The position numbers and the translations under genes are program-made. Source: Candidatus Latescibacterota bacterium (GTDB lineage: Bacteria; Latescibacterota; UBA2968; UBA8231). Taken from it: a stretch of DNA of 64,000 nucleotides. Positions 8,200-17,595 of this stretch are shown piece after piece (position 1 is the first letter of the stretch; every line of letters begins with the position of its first letter). Location: assembly GCA_965215195.1 (NCBI GenBank), contig CBDCDC010000002.1, positions 1,824,001 to 1,888,000 of the forward strand, written 5' to 3'. Under the pieces are notes generated by a model. The model was not told where the DNA came from. It saw only the letters and a program-made list of their open reading frames with translations, and made no database searches.

Positions 8200-10464
8200 G
8201 TGCCTAGCACAAGCACCCAGACCCGCTCTCATTCGAGGGTGGGCTTTTTTATTGTTGTTCTCTCACTGGCCCTGCATCCCGAAGCTCTCTTGGCCGGGTC
8301 TCTACAGGGCCGGTTGCTCGACCCGGACGCGGGTCGCCCTGTGTCCGGTGCCGTAGTGACGCTGAGTGTCCCATCCGGCGCAGTCCGCTCCGTCCGCAGC
8401 GATACGACCGGCTCCTTCCGCCTCGAAAACCTGTCGACAGGCACTTGGGATGTGCGCGTGGAGCGGCTGGGTTACCGGCTTCTGCAAGGCCGCATCCAGA
8501 TCGGCGCATCCCCCACCTCAGTTGAGTTGCACCTGCAATCCCTGCCCATGCTCATGGACGCGCTGGTGGTCCGCGCCCGGCGCAACCCCGAAGGCAAGCA
8601 CGTTGCCTCTTTCGTCGAAACCATCGCCTTGGGCAACCAGCGTACTCCCGGCGCGGACCTAGCTCAGATCCTCGACCGCGCCGTGGGCGTCAACACGCGG
8701 CGCTATGGAGGGCTAGGCGCATTCAGTACGCTTTCCATTCGCGGTTCCACCGCCGAACAGGTCCAAGTTTTCCTCGACGGGGTGCCGCTCAACGCGGCTG
8801 TTGGCGGAGGAGTTGATTTGGGCAGCTTACCCGTGGGTGGCGTGGAGAGCGTCGATATATACCGGGGCGCGGTGCCGGCGCGCTTTGGCGGCAACAGCCT
8901 CGGGGGCGTGGTCCACATCCGCACTCGGCCACTCGGCGGCAAGGTTCGTACGCGCTTGCACACGGCCACCGGTTCGCACAGCACCCGCCAACTGGGGGCC
9001 TCGCTCAGCGGCCCTTATAGGGGCTGGGAGTACTTGGGCTTGGTCAACTACCGAGTTAGTCGCAACGACTTCCGCTTTTGGGACGACAACGGCACCGAGT
9101 ACAATGCCCAAGACGACGGCTGGGCGCGGCGGCTCAACAGCGATTTTCGCGGCTTGCGCGGCCTATCCAAAATCGGGCGCAGCTTGGGTGCCAGCCGCTT
9201 GCAAGTCCACAGCATCTTTGACCTGAGCTACAAAGGTATCCCCGGCCTTGGCAACAACCAGTCCCGGCACACTCGCTACGACACCTGGCGTCATGTCGCC
9301 GAAGCTGCGCTCTTCGGTCCGCTGGGCGATGGTCGCGCCGGATACCGGATTAAAGCCCACCATTCCCGCGAAAAAGACGAGTACCGGGATCGGCGCGGCG
9401 AAGTGGGTTTGGGTCGCCAACACGACCGCAACATCACCCAGAGCTTGGGCCTGCGCGGCGAAGTGAATGCCCTGTTGCCCGGCCAGTCTTTGCTCACCGC
9501 TTTTGTCGCGGCCCGGCGCGAAACTTTTGTACCCGACGATTTGCTGCGGCCCGACAGTCGGTTTTTGCGCAGTCGCCGCCGAGCCTTGGCCGTTGGGACC
9601 GAGGTGGAGGTGCCGTTGGGGCCGCGCTTGACCTTTAATGCTGGTACGCAGGCAGAAGGGCTTGACGACCGCTTTTTCGACCGGAAGAACTTCGCTCCCA
9701 GCGCGGTGTTGCCGAGCCGGGACAACGGCGAAATCCTGTGGGGCCATCGCGTGGGCGCGGCCCTAGACTTAGGGGCTGGTTTGGCCCTCAAGGCCCACAA
9801 CGGTCGCTATCGGCGTGCGCCCAATTTCTTTGAACTCTTCGGCGACCGGGGTGCGGTGATCGGCAATACCGATCTCGTCGGTGAAGAAGGGCACAACTGG
9901 GATCTGGGTTTGGTTTTTCGCGGTCCGGTCGACGGAGTGGGGCTGACCTTGGCCGAGGTGGTGTACTATCACAAGCGCGTCGAAAACCTCATTCGCTTTA
10001 TGCAAAACTCGCAGCGGGTGTCGCGGCCCCACAATGTGGGCCGGGCCTTGCTGCGCGGCGTGGAGACGCGGATTGAAGCGCGGTTGTTGCCAAGGCTGGC
10101 ACTGCGCGGCAATTACGCGTACCAGCGGGCTGAAAATCGCACTCCGTTTTCTTTTGAACGGGGCAATGACCTGCCCAATGCGCCGCGCCATCGGCTCAAT
10201 ACGCACGTCTCCTTCGACCTAGGTCGTGCGGAGCTGTACGGAGAATTTAGTCGCGAAAGCCGGCATTTTCTCGACCGGGCCAATCTGCGGACTGTGCCCG
10301 TCCGCACCCTGTACAACCTCGGCGGAACCTTGCCGCTGGTCGAGGGCATTTCCTTGTCTTGGGAGTTGCACAACCTGACCGACAATCAAGTCGCCGATCT
10401 GTGGGGCTATCCGCTGCCGGGCCGCTCGTATGGGGTTTCTATGCACTATGCTACGTACCAGTAG
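8200..10464 (+). CDS. TonB-dependent receptor, BtuB-like (start uncertain)
   Basis: Signal peptide, carboxypeptidase-regulatory-like domain, plug motifs (SIRGS..QVQVFLDGVPLN, VDIYRG), C-terminal NLTD..GYPLPGRSY; riboswitch upstream. Confidence 0.9.
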   Translation: MPSTSTQTRSHSRVGFFIVVLSLALHPEALLAGSLQGRLLDPDAGRPVSGAVVTLSVPSGAVRSVRSDTTGSFRLENLSTGTWDVRVERLGYRLLQGRIQIGASPTSVELHLQSLPMLMDALVVRARRNPEGKHVASFVETIALGNQRTPGADLAQILDRAVGVNTRRYGGLGAFSTLSIRGSTAEQVQVFLDGVPLNAAVGGGVDLGSLPVGGVESVDIYRGAVPARFGGNSLGGVVHIRTRPLGGKVRTRLHTATGSHSTRQLGASLSGPYRGWEYLGLVNYRVSRNDFRFWDDNGTEYNAQDDGWARRLNSDFRGLRGLSKIGRSLGASRLQVHSIFDLSYKGIPGLGNNQSRHTRYDTWRHVAEAALFGPLGDGRAGYRIKAHHSREKDEYRDRRGEVGLGRQHDRNITQSLGLRGEVNALLPGQSLLTAFVAARRETFVPDDLLRPDSRFLRSRRRALAVGTEVEVPLGPRLTFNAGTQAEGLDDRFFDRKNFAPSAVLPSRDNGEILWGHRVGAALDLGAGLALKAHNGRYRRAPNFFELFGDRGAVIGNTDLVGEEGHNWDLGLVFRGPVDGVGLTLAEVVYYHKRVENLIRFMQNSQRVSRPHNVGRALLRGVETRIEARLLPRLALRGNYAYQRAENRTPFSFERGNDLPNAPRHRLNTHVSFDLGRAELYGEFSRESRHFLDRANLRTVPVRTLYNLGGTLPLVEGISLSWELHNLTDNQVADLWGYPLPGRSYGVSMHYATYQ
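8222..8250 (+). terminator. Putative riboswitch-controlled intrinsic terminator/attenuator
   Basis: CCCGCTCTC-ATTC-GAGGGTGGG stem-loop followed by CTTTTTT, about 60 nt after the aptamer. Confidence 0.6.
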
Positions 10465-10506
10465 CGGGGTGCCGGGCCGACGCACAGTCAGACCATTGGT
10501 TGGAAC

Positions 10507-10630
10507 CTTAGTACACGACAGTAGGGCCTTAACCTCGGATCGAGGGCATCTTGCCCTCGTCGAGGGCGGGACGCCCTCGATCCCGGACTCATCGCCCATC
10601 AACGACAAGTTATTGGTGTCGTGTAGTTAG
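10507..10630. mobile_element. MITE with 14-bp imperfect TIRs and 9-bp target-site duplication, carrying REP-like hairpins
   Basis: GGTTGGAAC at 10498-10506 and 10631-10639; ends CTTAGTACACGACA / TGTCGTGTAGTTAG (12/14 complementary); internal CGAGGGCATCTTGCCCTCG and CGAGGGCGGGACGCCCTCG palindromes. Confidence 0.8.
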
Positions 10631-10761
10631 GGTTGGAACATAAGCCCTGCGTGTCGGCCCGGTGGGAACGTAGGGGCCGGTAATTAGCGGGCCGAAGGGC
10701 GACCACAAGGGATGACGACGTTTATGAGACAACTTCTAACCACTAACCAAGGAGGATTTTC

Positions 10762-12168
10762 GTGTACCGCATTTCCATTTTAGCCGCCTTTTTGCTGCTG
10801 GCGAACTCGTCGTCGGCCCAGAGCGACCTCTTCGTCATCACCACGGACTTTGCCACTGGCAGCACGGCTTTTTTGGCCGCAAATGCTGCCGAAGCCGAGG
10901 TGAATCTGCTGGGCATCCACGCGGACGCAGTGGGGCACTACCACGACGGCCGCGTCTATATCGTCAACCGCTTGGGGCAGGACAATATCTTGGTGCTGGA
11001 CGCGATGGATTGGCGTACGCCGCTGACGCAGTTTTCGGTGGGCAATGGCACCAACCCGCACGACATTGAGATCGTCGCACCCGACAAGGCGTACATTTCG
11101 CGCTACGACGCGGCGTCCCTGCTGATCGTCAATCCCCAAGATGGCGCGGAATTGGGCCAAATCGATCTGAGTGCTTTCGCCGACGCGGATGGCCTGCCCG
11201 AGGTGTCGCAAATCGTCCGCGTGGGCGAGCGGCTGTACTTGAGTTGCCAACGCCTCGATCGCAATAGCGGGTGGGGACCGGCCGACATTAGCTACCTGAT
11301 CGTCGTCGATCTGACGACGGACACCTTGGTTGACGTGGACCCGGACGCCGAGGGCGTACAAGGGATCGCGCTGAGCGCTGGCAATCCCAACAGCATGGCC
11401 GTGGTCGGCGAGCAGATCGCCGTGGGGGGAGTGGTCAATTTCGGCGACCGGGCTGGCGGCGTGGAAATCGTCGATGTGGCTACCAACCGCAGCCTCGGAC
11501 TGGCCGTCAGAGAGGAGGACTTGGGCGGCGATATCGCGTCCGTGGTACTCGTCGATCAAAACCGGGGCTATGCCGTAGTCACGGACGCGAATTTTGCCAA
11601 CAGCGTCCGGCCCTTTGATTTGTCCAGCGGTACGGTGGGTGCGCCTTTAGAAAATATCAGCGGCGGTTTTATCCCCAGCTTGGCGGTAGATGGCGACCGC
11701 TTAATCGTGGCCGATCGCGGCAGTTTCGACGATCCGGCCAGCGCGGGACTCAAATTCTACGACGCGGCCACCGGAGCTTTTCTGCGCGGCCCTATCGACA
11801 CCGGCCTGCCGCCAGCGAATATCGTGGTCTTGGGCGATGCTGCCATCCCTACGGCTGTGGAGGAGACTGCCGACACTCGCTTGCCGCAGGAATTCGCCTT
11901 GGAAGCGGCCTATCCCAATCCCTTCAACGCCGCGGTGCAGATTCCCTTTGCGGTCTGGCAGGCCAACGCGCCGGTCGAATTGACCGTCCACGACGTCTTG
12001 GGCCGCACCATCCGCACTCTGACTTTTGGTACGGTGGCCGCCGGGTGGCACGTTCTCCACTGGGACGGTCGCAATGCCGCCGGCGAAACGGTGAGCAACG
12101 GCGCGTATCTGGTGCAGTTGCGCGTTGGCGGTCGACGGGCTGTGGGCAAGGTGATGTTGATCAAATGA
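10762..12168 (+). CDS. Secreted YncE/BtuG-like beta-propeller protein with C-terminal FlgD-Ig / T9SS-like sorting domain
   Basis: GGAGG RBS; Sec signal (SSSA-Q); propeller-type repeats (VYIVNR, NPHDIEIV, KAYISRY); C-terminal PTAVEE...AYPNPFN...WDGRN..G..VSNGAY domain. Confidence 0.75.
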   Translation: MYRISILAAFLLLANSSSAQSDLFVITTDFATGSTAFLAANAAEAEVNLLGIHADAVGHYHDGRVYIVNRLGQDNILVLDAMDWRTPLTQFSVGNGTNPHDIEIVAPDKAYISRYDAASLLIVNPQDGAELGQIDLSAFADADGLPEVSQIVRVGERLYLSCQRLDRNSGWGPADISYLIVVDLTTDTLVDVDPDAEGVQGIALSAGNPNSMAVVGEQIAVGGVVNFGDRAGGVEIVDVATNRSLGLAVREEDLGGDIASVVLVDQNRGYAVVTDANFANSVRPFDLSSGTVGAPLENISGGFIPSLAVDGDRLIVADRGSFDDPASAGLKFYDAATGAFLRGPIDTGLPPANIVVLGDAAIPTAVEETADTRLPQEFALEAAYPNPFNAAVQIPFAVWQANAPVELTVHDVLGRTIRTLTFGTVAAGWHVLHWDGRNAAGETVSNGAYLVQLRVGGRRAVGKVMLIK

Positions 12169-12251
12169 CTAACATTACGCACGGGCACCTAGGTATTAGA
12201 TGCTGAGCGCAGCGAAGCATCCCATACCTAATGGCCTTTGCGTAACGTCAG
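12169..12251. mobile_element. MITE-like element, CTGACGTTACGCA TIR family (degenerate left end)
   Basis: CTAACATTACGCA (12169) ... TGCGTAACGTCAG (12251); internal nested palindrome TAGGTAT..GATGCT..AGCATC..ATACCTA. Confidence 0.7.
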
Positions 12252-12271
12252 CTAAGTGAAAGGCAACAGGC

Positions 12272-12832
12272 ATGGTTACGCTATCTAAGCTCTACACCAA
12301 GACCGGCGATGGCGGCATGACGCGGCTGGGCGATATGTCGCAAGTGCCCAAGACGAGCACCCGCATCGCTGCCTATGGGTGCGTGGATGAGTTGAACTCG
12401 GTGATCGGGCTGGCTCGGGCCAGCGGCGCGGAGCACGACGACATCCTCGCCCGGGTGCAAAACGATCTCTTCGACGTGGGGGCGGATTTGTGCGTCCCGC
12501 CAGCCGATGATGAACGCCTGCGCGTCCAGCCGCAGCAGGTCCTGTTCCTAGAGCAGCAAATTGACGATCTCACGCGGGACTTGGCTCCCTTGCGGAGCTT
12601 TATCTTGCCTGGGGGACGGCTTCCCGCTGCTTGGCTTCACTTGGCGCGGACGGTGTGTCGGCGCGCCGAGCGCGCAGCTTGGCACCTCGCGGAGCAAGAG
12701 CCGGTCGGCCAGCCAGTTCTCCAGTATCTCAACCGGCTCTCCGATTTGCTCTTCGCCATGGCGCGGGTCGCCAACGACAGCGGGAAGGCGGATGTGTTGT
12801 GGCAGCCGGGGGAAGGCGCGGACGATGCGTAA
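12272..12832 (+). CDS. pduO: Cob(I)alamin adenosyltransferase, PduO type
   Basis: KLYTKTGDGG, AYGCVDELNS, FILPGG, RTVCRRAER, YLNRLSD motifs. Confidence 0.95.
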   Translation: MVTLSKLYTKTGDGGMTRLGDMSQVPKTSTRIAAYGCVDELNSVIGLARASGAEHDDILARVQNDLFDVGADLCVPPADDERLRVQPQQVLFLEQQIDDLTRDLAPLRSFILPGGRLPAAWLHLARTVCRRAERAAWHLAEQEPVGQPVLQYLNRLSDLLFAMARVANDSGKADVLWQPGEGADDA

Positions 12833-12871
12833 GTGGCTCTTGGTAGGGTCGATTTTTGGTGGAGGTGTTTG

Positions 12872-14029
12872 ATGCACAAGGTGTGTTTTTGGGCTTGGAT
12901 GATCCTCGGCGTACCGGCGGCGAACTGGGCCGACTGCGTCGATACGTACGATCCGGCGCAGGACTATTTTCCCCACAAGGCCGAGCTGCAATACGCCGAG
13001 AGCTTTTCGATTGAATACTTCGGCAACTACAAAGTGATCACCGTGCACACCCCGTGGCCCGGTGCCCAAGAAGCCGTCCAGTACTTATTGGTCCAGTGCG
13101 GCACCCCCGCACCCGACGGGTACGAGGGCATTCAGCGCATCCCAGTACCCATCCGTCGCCTCGCGGCCCTATCGACCACGCAATTGCCGCATCTCGAATT
13201 GCTCAACGCCCTCGAAAACCTAGTCGCGGTCAGCGACATTGAGCTGGTGCATTCGCCCGGCGTCAACCAGCGCTTTGCGGCCGGCAAAATCGCCGAAATC
13301 GGCCACGGTGCCGGGATCAACCTTGAAGTAGTGCTGGAATTGGAAACCGACGTGGTAATGACTGTGGCCTCGGCTCAATCCCAGTACCATGCCCATCCGG
13401 TCTTGCAGCAAGCCGGCGTGGTCGTGGCCATCAACGCCGAGTACACCGAGCCTTCCCTGTTGGGCCGCACCGAGTGGCTCAAGTTCACGGCGGCCTTTTT
13501 CAATGCCGAGGCCCTAGCGGAAGAACGCTTTGCCGACATTGCGGCCCAGTACCAGCAATACGCGGCCTTGGTGCGGGATGTGCCAATGGCCCAACGTCCC
13601 ACCGTGTTCGGCGGCTCCCTCTGGCGCGACACTTGGCACGTGTCGGGCGGCAAGAGCTACGCAGCGCAATTGATCGCCGCGGCGGGCGGCGCGTACCTGT
13701 GGGCCGACGACGATTCCGCGGGGAGCTTGCCCTTGGATTTTGAGGCCGTGTACGAAAAGGCCCACGCGGCCGACATTTGGCTGACCATGCGCAACGAATG
13801 GCACTCGCTGGCCGAGGTGCAGGCCGCGGACGAGCGCTACGCCGCGCTGGCCGCGTTCAACAGCGGCCGGGTCTACAATGCCAACGCCCGGCTCAACGCG
13901 CACGGCGGCAACGACTACTGGGAAAGCGGCCTTGCCGAACCCCATATCGCGTTGGCCGATGTTATAAAAATCCTGCATCCCGATCTCCTGACGGACCACG
14001 CGCTCAAGTTCTATAAAAAACTAGACTGA
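12872..14029 (+). CDS. ABC transporter substrate-binding protein (cobalamin/Fe-siderophore family, BtuF-like)
   Basis: GGAGG RBS then ATG 12872; signal peptide; EY.EPSLLGRTEWLK and DYWESG..PH..LAD motifs. Confidence 0.88.
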   Translation: MHKVCFWAWMILGVPAANWADCVDTYDPAQDYFPHKAELQYAESFSIEYFGNYKVITVHTPWPGAQEAVQYLLVQCGTPAPDGYEGIQRIPVPIRRLAALSTTQLPHLELLNALENLVAVSDIELVHSPGVNQRFAAGKIAEIGHGAGINLEVVLELETDVVMTVASAQSQYHAHPVLQQAGVVVAINAEYTEPSLLGRTEWLKFTAAFFNAEALAEERFADIAAQYQQYAALVRDVPMAQRPTVFGGSLWRDTWHVSGGKSYAAQLIAAAGGAYLWADDDSAGSLPLDFEAVYEKAHAADIWLTMRNEWHSLAEVQAADERYAALAAFNSGRVYNANARLNAHGGNDYWESGLAEPHIALADVIKILHPDLLTDHALKFYKKLD

Positions 14030-14035
14030 GACGCC

Positions 14036-15097
14036 GTGGCGACTGCTTCTACTACCCCTTGGCCTCGGCTGGGTCCGTTCCTCGGGATGGCTGCGGCCTT
14101 GCTCGGCTTTTTTGCGCTCAGTCTGGGCGTGGGGTCGGTGTCCATTCCGCTCGATGCGGTGCTCGCCATCCTGTGGGGTGCAACCGACCAAAAGCCGAGT
14201 TGGAGCCACATCATCTACGCGATCCGCCTGCCGCGCGCACTCACCGCGCTATTGGCCGGCGCGGCCCTGAGCGCCAGCGGTTTGCAAATGCAAACCCTAT
14301 TCCGCAATCCCCTCGCCGATCCCTTCATCCTCGGCATCAGCGCCGGAGCCAGTCTGGGCGTGGCATTGGTCGTCTTGGGCACGGGCGTCACCGGGGCCGG
14401 GCTGCTGGTCGGTCTGGGGCTTTTGGGCCAAGTCGGCGTAGTCGCTGCGGCCGTGGCTGGGGCGGCGCTGGTGCTGGGCTTGGTGCTGTTCGCGGGGCGG
14501 CGCGTACAGCACACCATGACCCTGCTCATCCTCGGCCTCATGTTCGGCTATCTGACCAGTGCCGTGGTCAGCGTGTTGCTCTACTTCAGCATCCCCGAAC
14601 AGGTGCAAACGTATGTCCTGTGGACTTTTGGCAGCTTTGGCGCGGTCGCTTGGGGTCAACTCACCTTTTTAGCGCCGGTGGTGCTGGCCGGTCTGGGGAT
14701 TGCCGGTCTGTTGGTCAAACCGCTCAATGCCCTGCTGCTCGGAGAGACCTATGCGCGCAGCATGGGCTTAGGTGTGCGGCGGGCGCGAGTGTGGATCATT
14801 GCGAGTGCCGCGCTGCTGGCGGGCGCGGTCACGGCCTATTGCGGTCCCATTGGCTTTTTGGGCGTGGCCGTGCCGCATTTGTGCCGCGCCCTCTTCAATA
14901 CCTCGGACCACCGCGTACTGCTGCCGGCCAGCGTGCTGTTGGGCGGCATTTTGGCCCTGAGCGCGGATCTGGTGGCCCGTCTGCCCGGCAGCGAGGCCGC
15001 TCTGCCGCTCAACGCGGTCACCGCTCTGATCGGCGCGCCCGTGGTCACTTGGATCATCCTGCGCCGCCGCACGCTGCGGCAGGCCCTTGCCGCCTGA
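14036..15097 (+). CDS. FecCD/BtuC-family ABC permease
   Basis: IRLPR, QTLFRNPLADPFILGISAGA, GPIGFLGVAVPH motifs; multiple TM helices. Confidence 0.93.
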   Translation: MATASTTPWPRLGPFLGMAAALLGFFALSLGVGSVSIPLDAVLAILWGATDQKPSWSHIIYAIRLPRALTALLAGAALSASGLQMQTLFRNPLADPFILGISAGASLGVALVVLGTGVTGAGLLVGLGLLGQVGVVAAAVAGAALVLGLVLFAGRRVQHTMTLLILGLMFGYLTSAVVSVLLYFSIPEQVQTYVLWTFGSFGAVAWGQLTFLAPVVLAGLGIAGLLVKPLNALLLGETYARSMGLGVRRARVWIIASAALLAGAVTAYCGPIGFLGVAVPHLCRALFNTSDHRVLLPASVLLGGILALSADLVARLPGSEAALPLNAVTALIGAPVVTWIILRRRTLRQALAA

Positions 15098-15102
15098 ACG
15101 CC

Positions 15103-16104
15103 GTGGCCGCGACCATTCTACAAACGCGCGGCTTGTGCATTGGCTACGCGCCCAAGCGCCGCCCGCGCATGGCCGTGGCCGCGGACATTGGCGTGGAATT
15201 GCTCAAGGGGGAACTCGTCTGCCTGTTGGGTCCCAATGGCGCGGGCAAATCCACGCTCCTGCGCACGCTGGCTGGCCTGCAAAAGCCGCTGGCCGGCGAG
15301 GTGCTTCTCGAAGGCCGCGACCTGCACGGGCTGACCGAGAGCGAGCGGGCGCGCCTGCTGGGCTTAGTCCTGACCGAGCGGGTGGATGTGGGCAACCTGT
15401 CGGCCTACGCTCTGGTGGCGCTGGGGCGTTACCCGTACACCGGCTGGGACGGTCGCCTTTCCTCTGCGGACGAAGCGGTGGTGCGCTGGGCTATTGACGC
15501 GGTGGGGGCTAGAGACTTGGCCGCTCGCAGCGTCGGCGAATTGAGCGATGGCGAACGGCAAAAGGTGATGATTGCCCGCGCCTTGGCCCAAGAACCAGCC
15601 GTGCTCCTCCTCGACGAGCCTACGGCCTTTTTGGACTTGCCGCGGCGCGTCGAAATCGTGCAGTTGTTGCGCCGCTTGGCTGGTGACAGCGATCGCGCTG
15701 TCTTGCTTTCCACGCACGATTTGGACTTGGCCCTGCGCTGCGCCGACCGCCTCTATCTGCTGCCGCCGGACGGGCCTTTGCAAACCGGGGCACCGGAAGA
15801 CTTGGTGTTGAGCGGAGCTTTCCAGCGGACGTTTGCAGACGTGGAATTCGACCCGGCCATTGGTTCGTTCCATCTGGCGCACGAGCCGGAAGGCGCAGTC
15901 GGTTTGGTGGGAGAAGGGCTTCATGCCCTGTGGACGGCGCGGGCTTTGGAGCGGGCGGGGTTTTGCGTGGCGGAAGACGCGTCGACATGCGTTGAGATCA
16001 TCGAGGACAACGGCGACGCGACTTGGCGGCTTCACACGGCAACCGGCGAGCGCGTCTGCACCACCCTGTACGAGGTGGTCAAGTGCTTGAAACGGCACCT
16101 TTGA
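15103..16104 (+). CDS. ABC transporter ATP-binding protein (BtuD/FecE-like)
   Basis: GPNGAGKST, LSDGERQ, LLLDEP, STHD; real start at GTG 15103 after the permease stop. Confidence 0.92.
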   Translation: MAATILQTRGLCIGYAPKRRPRMAVAADIGVELLKGELVCLLGPNGAGKSTLLRTLAGLQKPLAGEVLLEGRDLHGLTESERARLLGLVLTERVDVGNLSAYALVALGRYPYTGWDGRLSSADEAVVRWAIDAVGARDLAARSVGELSDGERQKVMIARALAQEPAVLLLDEPTAFLDLPRRVEIVQLLRRLAGDSDRAVLLSTHDLDLALRCADRLYLLPPDGPLQTGAPEDLVLSGAFQRTFADVEFDPAIGSFHLAHEPEGAVGLVGEGLHALWTARALERAGFCVAEDASTCVEIIEDNGDATWRLHTATGERVCTTLYEVVKCLKRHL

Positions 16105-16138
16105 AATTGGAGCATGGAGCACGAAAGAGAACCTCTTA

Positions 16139-16281
16139 GAGGCAGTCTGAAAATTCGCGTCGGGCCGTTAGGGCCTAGGAGGGAGGGCGTCTCGCCCTCC
16201 ACCACGCGAGGGCAAGATGCCCTCGCACCCAAGCATCTAGGGGCCGCAGAGGACCGCACGAGGGGGTTTTCAGAACGCTTC
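16139..16281. mobile_element. IS5-like MITE with TTA target duplication carrying REP-like hairpins
   Basis: TTA|GAGGCAGTCTGAAAA ... TTTTCAGAACGCTTC|TTA; internal GGAGGGCGTCTCGCCCTCC and CGAGGGCAAGATGCCCTCG. Confidence 0.75.
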
Positions 16282-16368
16282 TTAGAAAAGTCGATACAAA
16301 CGCCTACCGCGCCGTTTATACAGTCAAGATCGATAGGAGCCTTTACGTGCTTCATGCGTTGCGGCCCC

Positions 16369-17466
16369 TTACCGCGTCGAAAACTTGTGTATTGTAACCG
16401 TCCGGTAGGTCTCGCCCGGACGCAACACTACCGACGGAAAGCCCGGCTGGTTGATCGAGTCGGGATAGTGCTGGGTTTCTAAGCAAAGGCCGTGGTACTG
16501 ATTGTAGATTGTCCCGCCCTTACCCATCACGCCGTTGAGGTGGATGGCCGAGTAAAACTGCACCCCCGGCTCGGTGGTGTACAGTTCCATCACTCGCCCG
16601 CTCTCTGGCTCGTACACCTCGGCGGCCAGCCCGGGCTCAGCTCGGCCCCCATGGTCGAGCACGTAGTTGTGGTCGTAGCCGCCGACCTGTCCGATTTGCC
16701 CGATCCGCCCGCCAATGGCGGCCGGTTTGCCAAAGTCGAGGGGGGTGCCTGCTACCGGCAAAATGCGCCCCGTGGGGATTTGGTTGGCGTCCGGCTCGGT
16801 GTAGTAGCGGGCGTGGAGCGTGAGGATATGCCCGAGTATGGAGCCGCTGCCGGCCAAGTTGAAATAGGAGTGGTTGCTCAGGTTGATCGGCGTAGGCTCG
16901 TCCGTGGTCGCCTCGTATGCGATGACCAGCTCGTCGTCGTGGGTCAAGGTGTACGTCACGCTCACCGGCACGGTGCCTGGATAGCCCTCCTCGCCGTCTT
17001 GGCTCACGTAGTGCAAGCGCACGGCCGGCCCGCGTGTATCTTCTACCACCTCGGCGTCCCAGACGACCTTGTCGAAGCCCACTAGCCCGCCGTGCAGGTG
17101 ATTGGGACCGTTGTTGACGGCGAGTGTGTACTCTTGGCCATCTAGGGAGAATTTGCCGCCGGCGATGCGGTTGGCGACCCGCCCGGTGATACAGCCAAAA
17201 TACGGATTCTCCTGCTCGTACTGGTCCAAGCGGTCAAAGCCTAGTACGATGTCGCCCAGCATTCCGGCGCGATCGCGCACGAGGAGTTCGGTGATGATCC
17301 CACCATAGGTGATGACGCGGGCCATAGTGCCGCGGTCGTTTGTGAGGGTATAGCGATCGACGGGCTGGCCGGCTGCGGTCGTTCCAAAGCTGTCTTTGCT
17401 CACGTTGGCTGCTCCTGCGGTGGCGGCCAAGGCGACCGCCAGTAACACGGCGCTGGGCTTTTGCAT
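16369..17466 (-). CDS. galM: Aldose 1-epimerase (mutarotase) with signal peptide
   Basis: GGAGG RBS, ATG 17466; GRVANRI, NHLHGG, NLSNHSYFNL, YDHN, CLETQHYPD motifs. Confidence 0.93.
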   Translation of the reverse strand: MQKPSAVLLAVALAATAGAANVSKDSFGTTAAGQPVDRYTLTNDRGTMARVITYGGIITELLVRDRAGMLGDIVLGFDRLDQYEQENPYFGCITGRVANRIAGGKFSLDGQEYTLAVNNGPNHLHGGLVGFDKVVWDAEVVEDTRGPAVRLHYVSQDGEEGYPGTVPVSVTYTLTHDDELVIAYEATTDEPTPINLSNHSYFNLAGSGSILGHILTLHARYYTEPDANQIPTGRILPVAGTPLDFGKPAAIGGRIGQIGQVGGYDHNYVLDHGGRAEPGLAAEVYEPESGRVMELYTTEPGVQFYSAIHLNGVMGKGGTIYNQYHGLCLETQHYPDSINQPGFPSVVLRPGETYRTVTIHKFSTR

Positions 17467-17595
17467 GGCCCCTCCTCCTTGCGCTTCCTTTTTGCCAGAC
17501 GTAACATAGGCATTCCGCATGCGCGGGAACAGCCACGAGGGGCGCGACGGCCGTGAGCGGGCGTCGTCCCTTAAACCTCCTAGCGAGCTACATTT

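Noticed and set aside
14059-15102. N-terminal extension of the 681-aa ORF
   Set aside because: Overlaps the permease in another frame; the ATPase begins at about 15103.
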